Assembly: GCF_009914755.1 (NCBI RefSeq)
Contig: NC_060940.1
Direction: 5' to 3' (one strand)
Length of the DNA: 64,000 nucleotides
Source of the DNA: the human T2T-CHM13v2.0 reference genome, Homo sapiens
Both the position numbers and the translations under genes were made by a program. Below, piece after piece: positions 26,886 through 44,290 of the stretch. Numbering within the stretch: position 1 is the stretch's first letter; each line of letters opens with the position of its first letter. Below the pieces are notes generated by a model. The model saw nothing but the letters and a program-made list of their open reading frames with translations, was not told the origin of the DNA and did not search any database.

Positions 26886-27918
26886 CACAGAGCTAATATG
26901 CCAGGAGGTCTCAGTAAATACCTTCTAAATGACCTTTGAAGGAGAGATTCAAGCCCTTACCATAAAACAACATTTTTTCAGAAATGCGAGACGATTTTGG
27001 TTCTAACAGCTGCAGGACATTGTCTTATCATTTTCTTATTCAAAAATCATAAAGGAATTAATCTCCTTTTTGAGATAATTTGTTACAGACTGTGCAGGTG
27101 GATGACTAGAAGATATTTAATCATTTATAATCCTGCAGAACTTAGCTTCAGCGTGATGTAAGGGTATTAAAAATTACCTTTGGATCATTTGACAAATAAT
27201 GTCAGAGAAAGAGGGAGAAAGAAGATGAAAGCCTGGAGAATGGGGACATTCCTTTGCCAAGACCAAAATAAATTGCACCTACTCGATTATGACAATGGCT
27301 TTGCCTGAAAGAGGTTGAAATGAAGATGATAAATAAAGATGTTCATGGCCAGAGGCCCAGTATCTGCCTGGAAGGCAACGGCCAAACCCAGGCCCACCTT
27401 CCTTGGCCCATGCCAAAGCTTCAAACAGATCACCAATAACTGGAGCCACCAAGGTGACCCAGGGCTAAGACTGATATATCCAGATATTGCGTGTGGTCAG
27501 TTATTTTAATAATATTTACTAGCAATAAGCAGAGGGCTTGAAGGGCAGAGACAGTTAATATAAAGATACAGGGTTGTCATCATGGGGTAAATGTAGAATG
27601 GTATAAAGGTCCCAAGAAGTACCCCCACCTCTAAGGTCTAAATCTTGAACTTGGTAAGATATTTGAGACAGGGTAGCTAAAAGGCTCTTTGGTCTACAGT
27701 TGTGGAAGAACCAGCTCCTGTTGCCTAAAGAGACACCATAGAGGTCAAATTAAGAGACAAGTTGATGGTACATCATGCATATGGATAAGCACTGTTGCAT
27801 CTTGACAGATGACAAAGAAGACTTCTAAGACGCATTTTTTTTCAACCCGCTGGCCTTTTCCTGACTCTAAAATAATAATACCACAAGAAGAGATGAGCCA
27901 ACTGGCAAGCATCCATGA

Positions 27919-28448
<530 letters not shown>

Positions 28449-28535
28449 CTAGTATGTGTCCCCTTTTACACACAATCAGGAATACAAGAAGTGGTAAGAA
28501 ACAATGAGCAATTCTCTACTTATCTAGTTGGACCC

Positions 28536-28913
28536 TGTATTAGTCCATCCTCACGCTACTATAAAGAACTGCCCAAGACTGGGTAATTTATAAAGGAAAA
28601 AGGTTTAGTTGACTCACAGTTTTGCAGGGCCAGGGAGGCCTCAGGAAACTTACAATTGTGGCAGAAGGAGAAGCAAACATGTCATTTTTCACATGGTAGT
28701 GGGAAGGAGAAGAATGAGAGCCAAGTGAAGGGGTATGTCCCTTAAAAAACAATCAGATCTCATGAGAACTCACTCACTATCACAAGAACAGTATGGAGGT
28801 AACCGCCCCCATGACTCAATTACCTCCCTCCGGGTCCCTCCCATGACACCTGGGGATTATAGGAACTACAATTCAAGATGAGATTTGGGTGGGGACACAG
28901 CCAAACCATATCA
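28536..28913 (-). mobile_element. THE1D-like MaLR solo LTR
   Basis: TGTATTAGTCC...GACACAGCCAAACCATATCA; TSD GACCC at 28531-28535 and 28914-28918. Confidence 0.9.
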
Positions 28914-29410
28914 GACCCATGTTAGAGAACTCAAATAAGGACACCCAAATTTTTCTAAGATTCCTAAAAATCACAGAATGTCAGAGACGGGCTTGCTTTT
29001 AGACATTTCATAAGGCAATCTTCTCAACTGACTAACGGAGAAACTGAGGTCAAGTTTGCCTGGGGGCTAGGTGAGGAATTAGAGACAAAGCGAATCTGAG
29101 AATCCCATTTTTCTAAAATGCTCAATGCTCTTTCACATATGCCATGAAACAGAAAGGCATGATAGGTGGGTGAGTAGATGGATGGATGGATGGATAGATA
29201 AATGGGTGGGTGATCCTTTGGCCTTAGTGCATAGAAAAAAATGAGACAATGCAGAAATGTAAAATCTAACATGAGATCTTAGATAAGGAGTTTCTTCTTT
29301 CATTCATTCCCTCATCTCCTTCAACTGCCCCATTCCCCCATAATTAAGGTTATTAAATTCAAAAATTGGAGTCCCGTGGGCCAAGTTTTAAAGTTATTCT
29401 CTTGAATATA

Positions 29411-29850
29411 CAGTTGACCCTTGAAGGACACAGGGTTAGGTGTGCTGACTCCCCACACAGTCAAAAACCCATGTATAACTTTGGACTCTCAAAAACTTAA
29501 CTGCTGATAGCCTACTGTTGACCAGAAGATTTGCCAGTAACATAAACCATCAATTAGCACATATTTTATATCTTATTTCTGTTATATACTTCTATATTAT
29601 TATAATAAAGCAAGTTAGAGAAAATAAAATCTTAAGAAAATCATAAGGAAGTGAAACATATATGCTATTCATCAACTGGAAGTGGATCATCATAAACGTC
29701 TTCAACCTCATATTGTCTTCACATTGAGTAGGCTGAGGAAGAGGAAGAGGACAGGATGGTCTTGCTGTCTCAGGGGTGGCAGAGGTGGAAGAAAATCAAT
29801 GTATAAGTGAACTAGCGCAGTTCAAACCTGTGTTGTTGAAGGGTTAACTG
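29411..29850 (-). mobile_element. Tigger2a (TcMar) non-autonomous DNA transposon
   Basis: TIRs CAGTTGACCCTTGAA / TTGAAGGGTTAACTG, TA TSD on both sides, 440 bp. Confidence 0.88.
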
Positions 29851-29852
29851 TA

Positions 29853-30780
29853 TATCCTCACTCTTTCACTGAGCTCATTTCATCTCATGACTTTACATTA
29901 TTATTTAAATTGACAATTCCCCTATCTGTATCTCCAGCCTGGACCTCTACCCCTATCTTCAGACATACATCAATTGCAACATCTCCCTTTGAATGTATAA
30001 TGGATGTCTTAAACTTAGCATGTCCTAAACTTCTGATCTCCAGTCCCCCACACTGGGTCCTCCCACAACCTCCCCCATATCAGTTAATAACAACTATGCT
30101 CTTCTGAGAGTTTCTACCCAAATCCTTGGAGTCATCATCAAAAATTACATTTTTCTCTTACATTCCTCATCCAGCCCATCAGCAAATCTTTGTTGTTTCT
30201 ACTTCAACAAAACAATCAGATCTTACAATTGTTGCCACTGACACTGATTCCAATACTGGTTCAAGCTACAATAATCTCTCCACTGGAATCTTGCAATCAC
30301 CTCTTAATTCTGCTCCCTGATTCTATCTTGTTCCCCTTTGAGATATTCTTAACACAGATCAGATGGATCCTCTTAATGTGTAAGGTAGATCATGTCACCC
30401 TTCTGCTCAACACCCCCTGAGAGGTTCCCCTGTCACTCAGAATGAAAGCTCAGTTCATTAAAATGAGCCAGAAAGCCCTACATGATCTGAACACCGTTAT
30501 CTCTGACCTCATCCTCTACTCTCTCTTGCCATTCCAGCCATACTCAACTCCTCATTCTTTGGGCATAGCAAGCCTGCTCCAAGCTCAGAGCCTTTGGCTT
30601 TTCTGCTGTCTCTGCCCAGGATCCTCTTTCCTCTGTTTCTACCTGGCTCACCTTCTTGTCTCCTGCATGTCTTTATTCAATGTCACCTTCTCAGTGAGGC
30701 TTTCGCAGGCCATATTTACAACTGTAGTCCCCACACTCAAAGCTTCATATCCTCTTCTTGGCTTTATTTTTCTGAAATGC
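29853..30780 (+). mobile_element. L2
   Basis: TATCTCCAGCCTGGACCTCT, CTTAAACTTAGCATGTCC, AGATCATGTCACCCTTCTGCTCAA, AATGTCACCTTCTCAGTGAGGC. Confidence 0.8.
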
Positions 30781-31226
30781 CTTACAGCTTCCCAGGCAGT
30801 CCATATTCTGCCAAGAAGTAGAAAAGAATTAAATTGTTCCTAAAAATAGACACTGAATCTCCCTTAGTCTTCTGCTGCCTTTTCATGGAAAGTATGCAAA
30901 ACTTATGAGGCTTGACTTTTTCTTCATTTCCCTGAAAATCAGGCACTAAATCCAGAGCAACAGGCTGGAATTAAAGATATTGATTTGCTTAAATGAAGCA
31001 CATTCTCTGACACCTAGTTTAAAAGAGAAAAATCTCTCTCGATGCTGTCAAGAAACTCTACATTTTGCAGCCTTGAAACAAATGCCAGGAGAATGTCGTT
31101 CTTTTGACTTTATTCCCTCTGTAATATTTTTATTGTATTTTAATTTACCCTTTTGTTACCTAAGAGAAGCAGAAAAAAAAATCGAACAAAAGTACTACCA
31201 TGGCTTGGGATAAACTGAAAAGTCAG

Positions 31227-31246
31227 TCTCTCTCTCTCTCTCTCTG

Positions 31247-31281
<35 letters not shown>
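31227..31281. repeat. Compound (TC)n(CA)n microsatellite
   Basis: Seen directly. Confidence 0.95.
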
Positions 31282-31282
<1 letters not shown>

Positions 31283-32165
31283 TTCTGACATGATCCTATT
31301 TACAAGTTTATTTCTCTCTTCTTTCTGACTTGGAGACATCAACAGTCTGGCCTGGGAAGTGTGTCAACAAATGCTGAGATCCTGCCTAGGTAGTGGCAAA
31401 TTCAAGAACGAAGTTCTGACAATATTGCTGTTCCCAGCTTCATTTATGCAAGAACATTTTGGGTTATATATTGCTTAAAAGGCTTGGCAATCATACATTC
31501 ATAATCACTGCAAACAGGCCAGCTGACTGGCCACTCCTGTCCCATCATCATCATCCAGGCTCCTCCTTCTCTGTTTTCCACACTCACTACCTTTTGATTC
31601 ATTAAGGAACACAATGACTTGAGAAGATTTGTCTCTAAAAATTCTCATCTGGCATTTTACATGACTGACCAGAACATTTTTCTCCTGCTATCTATAAATA
31701 TATCTCCTCAGGGGCTAACTGCTCTCTGAGATGATAATAATTAGTGTAATAATCCAGTGCTTGTTGAGACCTCAGTATGTCCTATAATGGGAGCCTCCTA
31801 ACTAATCTTTCTGTTTCTAAACTTACCTCCTTAGGTCAACTAAAAATGCCTTTTTAAAAAGATAAATGGAGGGAGGTTCCAAGATGGCCAAATAGGAAAA
31901 ACTCCGGTCTACAACTCCCAGCATGAGCGACACAGAAGACAGGTGATTTCTGCATTTCCAACTGAGGTACCAGGTTCATCTCCCTGGGGCTTGTCGGACA
32001 GTGGGTGCAGCCCATGGAGCATGAGCCGAAGCAGGGTGGGGCATCGCTTCACCCAGGAAGTGGAAGGGGTCGGGGATTTCCCTTTCCTAGCCAAGGGAAG
32101 CCGTGACAGGCAGTACCTGGAAAATTGGGGCAATCCCACCCTAATATTGTGCTTTTCGAATGGTC

Positions 32166-32306
32166 TTAGCAAACAGCACACCAGGAGATATATCCCGTGC
32201 CTGGCTCAGAGGGTCCCATGCCCACAGAGCCTCGCTCACTGCTAGTACAGAAGTCTGAGATCAAACTGCAAGGTGGCAGTGAGGCTGGGGGAGGGGCATC
32301 TGCCAT
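32166..32306 (-). pseudogene. L1 ORF0 remnant, frameshifted (46 aa)
   Basis: Antisense ATG at 32306 gives MADAPPPASLPPCSLISDF...; a 1-nt deletion near 32190 leads to an early TAA; the ORF0 C-terminal motif EKHNIRVG lies in another frame (ORF 31909..32181). Confidence 0.75.
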
Positions 32307-32875
32307 TGTGGAGGCTTGAGTAGGTAAACAAAGTGGCCAGGAAGCTCAAACTGTGTGGAGCCCACAGCAGCTCAAGGAGGCCTGCCTGCTCTGTAGACTC
32401 CATCTCTGGGGGCATAGCTGAACAAAAGGCAGCAGAAACTTCTGCAGACTTAAATGTCCCTGTCTGACAGCTTTGAAAAGAGTAGTGGCTCTCCCAGCAC
32501 AGAGTTTGAGATCTGAGAATGGATAGACTGCCTCCTCAAGAGGGTCCCTGATCCCCAAGTAGCCTAACTAGGAGGCACCTCCCAGAAGGGGCCAACTGAC
32601 ACCTCATACAGCCTGGTGTCCCTCTGAGATGAAGCTACCAGAGGGAGGATCAGGCAGCAACATTTCCCATTCTGCAATATTTGCCATTCTGCAGCCTCCA
32701 CTGGTGATACCCAGGCAAACAGGGTCTGGAGTGGAACTCCAGCAAACTCCAACAGACCTGCAGCTGAGAGTCTTGACTGTTAGAAGGAAAACTAACAAAC
32801 AGAAAGGACATCCACACCAAAGTCCCACCTGCACGTCACCATCATCAAAGACCAAAGGTAGATAAAACCACAAAG

Positions 32876-33901
32876 ATGGGGAGAAACAAGAGCAGAAAAG
32901 CTGAAAATTCTAAAAATCAGAGCGCCTCTTCTCCTCTAAAGGAATGCAGCTCCTTGCCAGCAACGGAACAAAGCCGGACAGAGAATGACTTTGATGAGTT
33001 GAGAGAAGAAGGCTTCAGATGATCAGTAATAACAAACTTCTCCGAGCTAAAGGAGGATGTTCGAACCCATCACAAAGAAGCCAAAAGCCTTGAAAAAAGA
33101 TTAGATGAATGGCTAATTAGAATAAACAGCATAGAAAAGACCTTCAATGAACTGATGGAGCTGAAAACCATGGCACGAGAACTACGTGATGCATGCACAA
33201 GCTTCAGTAGCTGATTCGATCAAGTGGAAGAAAAGGTATCAGTGATTGAAGATCAAATGAATGAAATGAAGCCAGAAGAGAAGTTTAGAAAAAAAAGAGT
33301 AAAAAGAAAGGAACAAAGCCTCCAAGAAATAAGGAACTATGTGAAAAGACCAAATCTATATCTGAATGGTGTACCTGAAAATGACAAGGAGAATGGAACC
33401 AAGTTGGAAAACACTCTTCAGGATATTATCCAGGAGAACTTCCCCAACCTAGCAAGGCAGGCCAATATTCAAATTCATGAAATACAGAGAATTCCGCAAA
33501 GATACTCCTTGAGATGAGCAACTCCAAGACACATAATTGTCAAATTCACCACAGTTGAAATGAAGGAAAAAATGTTAAGGGCAGCCAGAAAGAAAGGTCT
33601 GGTTACCCACAAAGGGAAGCCCATCAGACTAACAGCAGATCTCTCAGCAGAAACTCTACAAGCCAGAATAGAGTGGGGGCCTATATTCAGAATTCTTAAA
33701 GAAAAGAATTTTCAACCCAGAATTTCACATCCAGTCAAGCTAAGCTTCATAAGTGAAGGAGAAATAAAATCCTTTACAGACAAGCAAATGCTGAGAGATT
33801 TTGTCGCCACTAGGCCTGCCCTACAAGAGCTCCTGAAGGAAGCACTAAACATGGAAAGGAACAACCAGTACCAGCCACTGGAAAAACACGCCAAATTGTA
33901 A
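32876..33901 (+). pseudogene. L1 ORF1p, disrupted
   Basis: ATGGGGAGAAAC...; 342 codons in frame with TGA stops at 33020, 33212 and 33515 (CGA>TGA type); fragments match ORF1p (KGKPIRLTADLSAETLQAR). Confidence 0.92.
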
Positions 33902-33964
33902 AAACCATCGATGCTAGGAAGAAACCGCATCAACTAACGAGCAAAATAACCAGCTAACATCATA

Positions 33965-37792
<3,828 letters not shown>

Positions 37793-38026
37793 ACAATGAG
37801 AACACTTGGACACAGGGTGGGGAACATCACACACTGGGGCCTGTCATGGGGTGTGGGGAGGGGAGAGGGAGAGCATTAGGAGATACACCTAATGTAAATG
37901 ATGAGTTAATGGATGAAGCACACCAACATGGCACATGTATACATATGTAACAAACCTGCACGTTGCACTCGTGTACCCTAAAACTTAAAGTATAACAAAA
38001 AAAGAAAGATAAAAAAAGATAAGTCA

Positions 38027-38412
<386 letters not shown>

Positions 38413-38462
38413 TCAGGTACTGCAAGATGTTCTTTGTCTTCCTTTCAACTTCATATCCCACT

Positions 38463-38811
38463 TGTCTTAGTTCATTCCAGCTACTGTAACAAAAATACCA
38501 GAAATTAGGTGGCTTATTAAAAAAGGAAACTATTATAGTTCTAGAGGCAGGGAAGCCCACAATCAAGGCACTTGTTGGTTCCGTTTTTGGTGAGGGCCTA
38601 TACCTCATGGATGGTGCCTTCTAGCTGCGTCCTCACATGGCCAAAAGGGCAGGCAGACTCTCTCCTATATAACAGCATCCATCTCATGGATGATGGCTCC
38701 ACTCTCATGACCTAATCCCCTCCTAAAGGACCCATCTTTAATACTACTGCATTGGGGATTAGGTTTCAACCTATGAAATTTTGAGGGGACACAAAGATTC
38801 AGACCATAGCA
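38463..38811 (-). mobile_element. MLT1A-type solo LTR
   Basis: TGTCTTAGTTCATT...GGGGACACAAAGATTCAGACCATAGCA; TSD CCACT / CCACC. Confidence 0.85.
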
Positions 38812-39304
38812 CCACCTCCTTTCTCCTCATTTTTTATGCTCCTGCCATATTGGTCTTCTTCCTGCTCTTCCACAAGCCAAGCTTATTCCTGCCCCAAGAG
38901 TTTTGCACTACTGTTACCTTTACCTAAAATCTCCCAAATGCCTGCAAATAATTCAGGTCTCATACATTCTCTTTAGGAGACTTTCATGACCACCCAAGCC
39001 TCTTACCACTCCTGGGAGTTACCTTCTACTCTGTTACTTTTTGCAGGACTTATCCCAAGCAACAATTCTCTTTATTGATTTGCTTATCTGTTTTCTTTAT
39101 TTGTAATATGGGATAATAATAGCACCCAGTTTATTGGGTTTAATGAGGAATAAGATAACAAAATTAAAGTACTTAGCCCAAGTATCTGTCTATATAATAA
39201 GTGAGCAAAAACCAGCAGTTATTGCTGCTATCATCATCATCTCCTTCAAGTAAAGTAAAAGGTATAGGGGTTGGGAGAAATAAAATAATCTCTCTGGCTT
39301 TTCC

Positions 39305-39336
39305 AAGCCTTGATTCTGTGATTCTAGAATTTCTCC
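39305..39336 (+). repeat. 32-bp sequence with an exact copy at 40320-40351 (likely donor)
   Basis: AAGCCTTGATTCTGTGATTCTAGAATTTCTCC occurs twice. Confidence 0.97.
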
Positions 39337-40247
39337 AGACCAGCCAATCTCTCGACCTCTACTTGGGGCTGAGACAGTGCCCTCTAGAATCCTGCAGATT
39401 TGCCACCTTGAGCCCTCCTTTTCAGAGACCAGAGCCAGCCACCTGTCCCTGAAAACTCAATGCTTTCCTTAAAACTGCCCCGCAGAAACACAGACATGGG
39501 CATACACACTCACAGGCTCACACCTGCTCTTGGAATCCTGCTTAGCTTTCAAAGGAAGGAAAAAAGTTGTTCATGTTGATATTGATGTTGCTCTTTATCA
39601 AATTGTGGCAGTTTATGTTACAGCCCCCGCATGCTCCCCCAGATCCCTGCCTACAGAAAACACACTCAGTTTTATTTTTTCTTCCTCACTACCAATTGGA
39701 CAGACTTTGAGAACCCTTTTAGGACATTTTGGGGTATTGTTTCCCAGCATATGTGGGCAGCATTACTATTTCCACCCCCTAAGGACTACTTAACAACATC
39801 AGCAAAGCAATTAAGCCCAGTTTTCAGGAAGATGCCAGCGGCTCTGCAGTGTCTGGATGGGAGTCTCAGCCCAATTATTTCCAGCTAGTTGTGAACTGTG
39901 GAAAAGTGGACTTTACTTCATTAAACTTCAGTTCCCACTGATTAAAAGTCGGGTATGTTGGAGACAGTAAGGAAAAATGAAACAATTAAACTTGTCATCA
40001 ATAAAATTGCTGCATATTCCTCAACACAGGGTTTTACTTCTCTCCAGAGGAGTGATTAAAATGAACTGATTGAACTATAATTTGACTGACTAGAGAGACT
40101 CCATCCATTGCATTGAAACGGAACTTCCACTTATGGCTCTTTTTGGCTTGGAACGTAAAACCCTCCTGCAGGCCTACCAGGGCCCAGTGACAGATGCTCT
40201 GAATCCATCAGGTGCTGGCCCTGCCCAGAGATGTGTTGAGGTACTGT

Positions 40248-40759
40248 TGTGGGCAGAATAACACCTCCACCAAGATATCCATGCCCTCGCCCCAGAACCT
40301 GTGAATATACTAGGGGACTAAGCCTTGATTCTGTGATTCTAGAATTTCTCCCATGGCAAAGGGGACTTTGCAAATGTGATTCATGTTACCAACCTTGACA
40401 ATGGGAGAGTATCCAGAATCAGTCAGGTGGACCCAATATAATCACATAGATTCTTAAAATCAGAGAGCTTTTCCCAGCTGGCTCAAAGGGTGATATGACT
40501 GCAGAAAAGTCAGAGATTCAACGTTGTCGGCTATGAAGATGGAGGAGGGGGGTGGCTGCTAGGAGCTTGAAAAGGCAAGGAAACGGATTTTCCACTAGAT
40601 CTTCAGAAAGAAATGCAGCCCTGGCAAAGCCTTGCTTTTAGCACAGTGAGACCATGCCAAACTTTAGCTAACCTACAGATTGAAAGAAAATAAATCTATG
40701 TTGCTTTAAGCCACTAGGTTGGAGGTAATTTCTTACAGCAGCCCTAGAAGGCAAATTCA
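40248..40759 (+). mobile_element. MLT1D solo LTR containing a foreign insert at about 40309-40351
   Basis: TGTGGGCAGAATAA...CCAGAACCTGTGAATAT...CATGGCAAAGGGGACTTTGCA...TAAGCCACTAGGTTGGAGG. Confidence 0.85.
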
Positions 40760-41324
40760 GAGTTCCAGGTGTGCTTGGAAAAGACAGGCAAGCACTGGAA
40801 TCTCCACACTCCAGAGGCCGAGAGCTGGAACCAGATAGGGGAATGGAGAGACGGTGTGATACAGGGCAAAGGGCAAGCATTTGGGAGGAGGGCAGACAGG
40901 GGGACACTCCTCATGCCCCTAGCATGCTGTGAAGGAACCCAGGGTCTGAAGGAGATTTTATTTCATTTTTTAGCCAAGACTCTGCACACAATAGGTGATC
41001 AATAAATGCTGAGTGATTGAAAGGTGAATGAAAAATATGTTAAAAGAATGACTAAATGAAAAAATATGTAAATTAAATGAATGTTAAATGAATAAAATTA
41101 TCATATCCAAGTTTATTAGTGTGAACACTTTGACATTGGGTTAGGAAACTACATGTTTTTGACAGGGCAGAATTTCATGGAAATGAAGAAGGATGAGAAG
41201 GAGGCAAAGTATAGGCCCACTTTCAATTTCCATGATGCCTCTGGGTGCTTTGAGCCCATTTCTAGGGCTTGTCTGAGATTTGTACCTAGATTTGGGGCCA
41301 GAATATGAGTTGGGACTTACCATA

Positions 41325-41702
41325 TGTCTTAGTCTGTTCAGGCTGCCATAACAAAATATCATAGACAGGGTGGCTTAAACAATAGAAATGTATTTCTCAT
41401 AGTTCTGGAGCCTGGGAAGTCCAAGATGAAGGCACCCACTGATTCAGTTCCTGATGAGAGCTATCCTCCTGGCTGCAGACCACTGACCTCTCACTGGTCC
41501 TCATGTGGCCTTTGTGCATGTATGCCAATATCTCTCTCTCCCCCCTTCTTAAGGGCCACTAATCCCATCATGAGGGTCACACCCCCATGACCTAGTTTAA
41601 CCCTGATTACCTTCCAAAGGCCTCATCTCCAAGTAGCATCACACTGGGTATTAGGGATTTATCATATTAATTTTGGAAAGACACAAACATTCAGTCCTAA
41701 CA
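41325..41702 (-). mobile_element. MLT1A0 solo LTR inside a MIR
   Basis: TGTCTTAGTCTGTTCAGGCTGCCATAAC...ACAAACATTCAGTCCTAACA; TSD CCATA / CCACA. Confidence 0.88.
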
Positions 41703-41789
41703 CCACAGCAGCTGTGTAACCCTGGCTGAATCACTCAACCTTGGTGACTTCCATCAACTCATCTGAAAGTTGGGGTTTGGGATACAAGT

Positions 41790-42030
41790 AATAGGCAGTA
41801 CTTAACGAGTGCCTGTCATGTCCTAGGCTCTGTGCTAAGTGCTCTTTGGGCATCAAACCTCTTAACACTCCCAAACACTCTGTACAGACTGAGATCATGT
41901 CCTCATTTCCATTTTATATATGAGGAAGTGTAGGCTTAGAAAAACAAAATGACTTGTCCAAGATCACAGCCACACAGCCAAAATTTGGACTCAACTCTAT
42001 CTGAGTCCAGAACTGGGATTCTTAACTGGG
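41790..42030 (-). mobile_element. MIR
   Basis: CCATTTTATATATGAGGAAGTGTAGGCTTAGA...GACTTGTCCAAGATCACA. Confidence 0.8.
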
Positions 42031-42184
42031 TATGCAGAAATATTATGGTTGATGCTGGTGTCATGATTCCTTGAAAGTTCTTCAGTGGTGGAAACATTCT
42101 AGGGAATTAGACAAAGGCAGTTTAAGCCATGTGAACCTTCTTGCTTAATAAGAGTTCAAAGGAAGCTCTGAAATATCTATAAAT

Positions 42185-42540
42185 GAATAACAAAGGTGTG
42201 TGTATGTGTGGTTACTTGTGTATATTTGCAGACATTGTGCAGAAACTATCATTGTGCAGCAGAAATGTTACAGGTAGAACAAAGCCCTGTACAAGGCCTG
42301 CCATTCACAAAGCATCCAATAACAATTTATGCCTGCTGCCATTTTCCACTGCAAGAGAAATGTGATTTCTGTATGTCAGGCGACAGTGTTTAAAAGGCCT
42401 CCAGTGATTCATATTTCAATGTATATTTACTCCACTCTGGCAAACAGCCTATGCGGTGCCTCTCCACTGCCTTCTTCCTAGCAACCAAGGCCTTTTGTCG
42501 TCACAGCCTCAAATGGGCTCATGGTCGCTTTGTGTGTGGG
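42185..42540. promoter_or_regulatory. SOX-motif cluster (candidate enhancer)
   Basis: AACAAAG x2, CATTGT x2, CACAAAG, AACAAT and CTTTGT within about 350 bp of unique sequence. Confidence 0.4.
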
Positions 42541-43019
42541 ACTCAGGTTCCTGACACCAAACCTGTCTCTCCTCTCCAGCTGACTGCATTGAAAGATGAA
42601 TCAATGTGGCCACTATCTTGGGAATGAGTTCAGTGTCAAAGGCCCATGTGAATCTTGTTTATGACAGTCCTCCGGCACAACCCAATGCATCCTGTTGCTC
42701 AGAAGTAAGGACCTTGGGTAAGACACCTGGTGTTGAGACTGAACAGAAATTGTGCTGTTCCTCTCCTTTGAGGCTGGATCCCTCCCCCTGGCCTTTGCAC
42801 AAGCCTCCAAGGGGCCCATACACTTGATTCCCATGATGGAAGGGAAAGGAGGAAGGGAGAAGGGGAAAGGAAACTTGAACTTCCTGGGCGTCATCTGACT
42901 CTGCAGACAGATCTTCTCCCATCTTTACAGATAACATCTTTCCCTAGGCTTTCAAAGAGCACCTCTTTGCCAATGACTGCCAAGTCAGGCTTCGCCAAAA
43001 TGGCTTCACCAAAGTCTAG

Positions 43020-44290
43020 ACTCAAATAGCCAATACCTAATAGCTATCTCCACCTGCATGTCTTACAGACATCTCAAACTCTACATGTCCACCTGTTTGC
43101 TCTCCCATGGGCATATACACGTGTTCTTAGTTTAGTCTTACCCACCTCAGTAAATAGAACAAAGATTCAAACCCAAGGCTGTTCCTCTCTCATGTTTCCA
43201 GAATTCCTGTGCCTTCTCTCTCCACCCTGACATGCAACCCATCAGCAAATCTGGATGACCCATCTTCCCAAGTATACCTCAAGTCTGCCCACCTCCCTCT
43301 GTTCCTACTATCACTATCATCTCTGAAATACCACAAAATCCTCTTGATTTGTCTCCCTATAGCTACTCTTGCTCCTCTTCCAAATTAGTCACCTCACAAT
43401 ATCAGGAGTAATTTTTTTAAATGAAGAAATTGGATCACATCACTCTGCTTTTAAAATACTTACATGCCTTCCCTTTGCACTTAATATAAACCTAGGCCAG
43501 ATGCAGTGGCTCACAACTGTAATCCTAGTGCTTTGGGAGGCCTAGACAGGAGGATCACTTAAAGCCAGGAGTTAGAAACCATCCTGGGCAAAATAGCGAG
43601 ACCCCACCTCTACAAAAAAATAAAAAAATAAATAGCCAGGCATGGTGGTGCACACCTGGCGTCCTAGCTACACAGGAGGCTGAAGTGGGAGAATTGCTTG
43701 AGCCCACGAGTTCAAGGCTGCAGTGAGCTATGATGGCACCATTGCCCTCCAGCCTGGGTGACAAAGCAAGACCTTGTCTCTAAAAATCAAACCAGCAAAC
43801 AAATGAAAAAAACCTAAACTTCTTTCCTTGGGCTTCAATGCCCAGCATGATCTAACCCCTGCCTCCTTCTGCAACTTTATCTCATGTCTCACTTCCCTTC
43901 ATTTACTATTGGTTTAGTCACCCTGAGCTCCTCTTGGTTGCCCACGTATGTGAGTTCTTTAATACCTCATGGCCTTAGTACATGTGGTTCCATCTGCCTA
44001 GAAAGCTCTCACTCCTGCATTTCCCATGACTGTTTATTTTTTTCCCTCCAGCCTCAGAAACCTAGACTTATCACTCATCTGTATAGTCTATTCACCTTCT
44101 CACCCACCATCTTCTGTCACTTTACATGATTCATCTTTATAGTACTTGTAACAAATTGTTTCTATCTTTTATTTTCTTATCTATTATTGTCTATCTTCTT
44201 CTGTAGCCTGAAAGTTCTAAGCAAGCTTGTTTCATCCCTGAAACAGAATCAATGCTCTGTGACTATTTAATTAGTCACCGTACAAACGAA
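43020..44290 (+). mobile_element. L2, interrupted by an AluJ
   Basis: ATCTCCACCTGCATGTCTTACAGACATCTCAAACTC...GATCACATCACTCTGCTT... Confidence 0.78.
43495..43812 (+). mobile_element. AluJ
   Basis: GGCCAGATGCAGTGGCTCAC...GAGTTCAAGGCTGCAGTGAGCTATGAT; flanked by AAACCTA on both sides. Confidence 0.92.
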
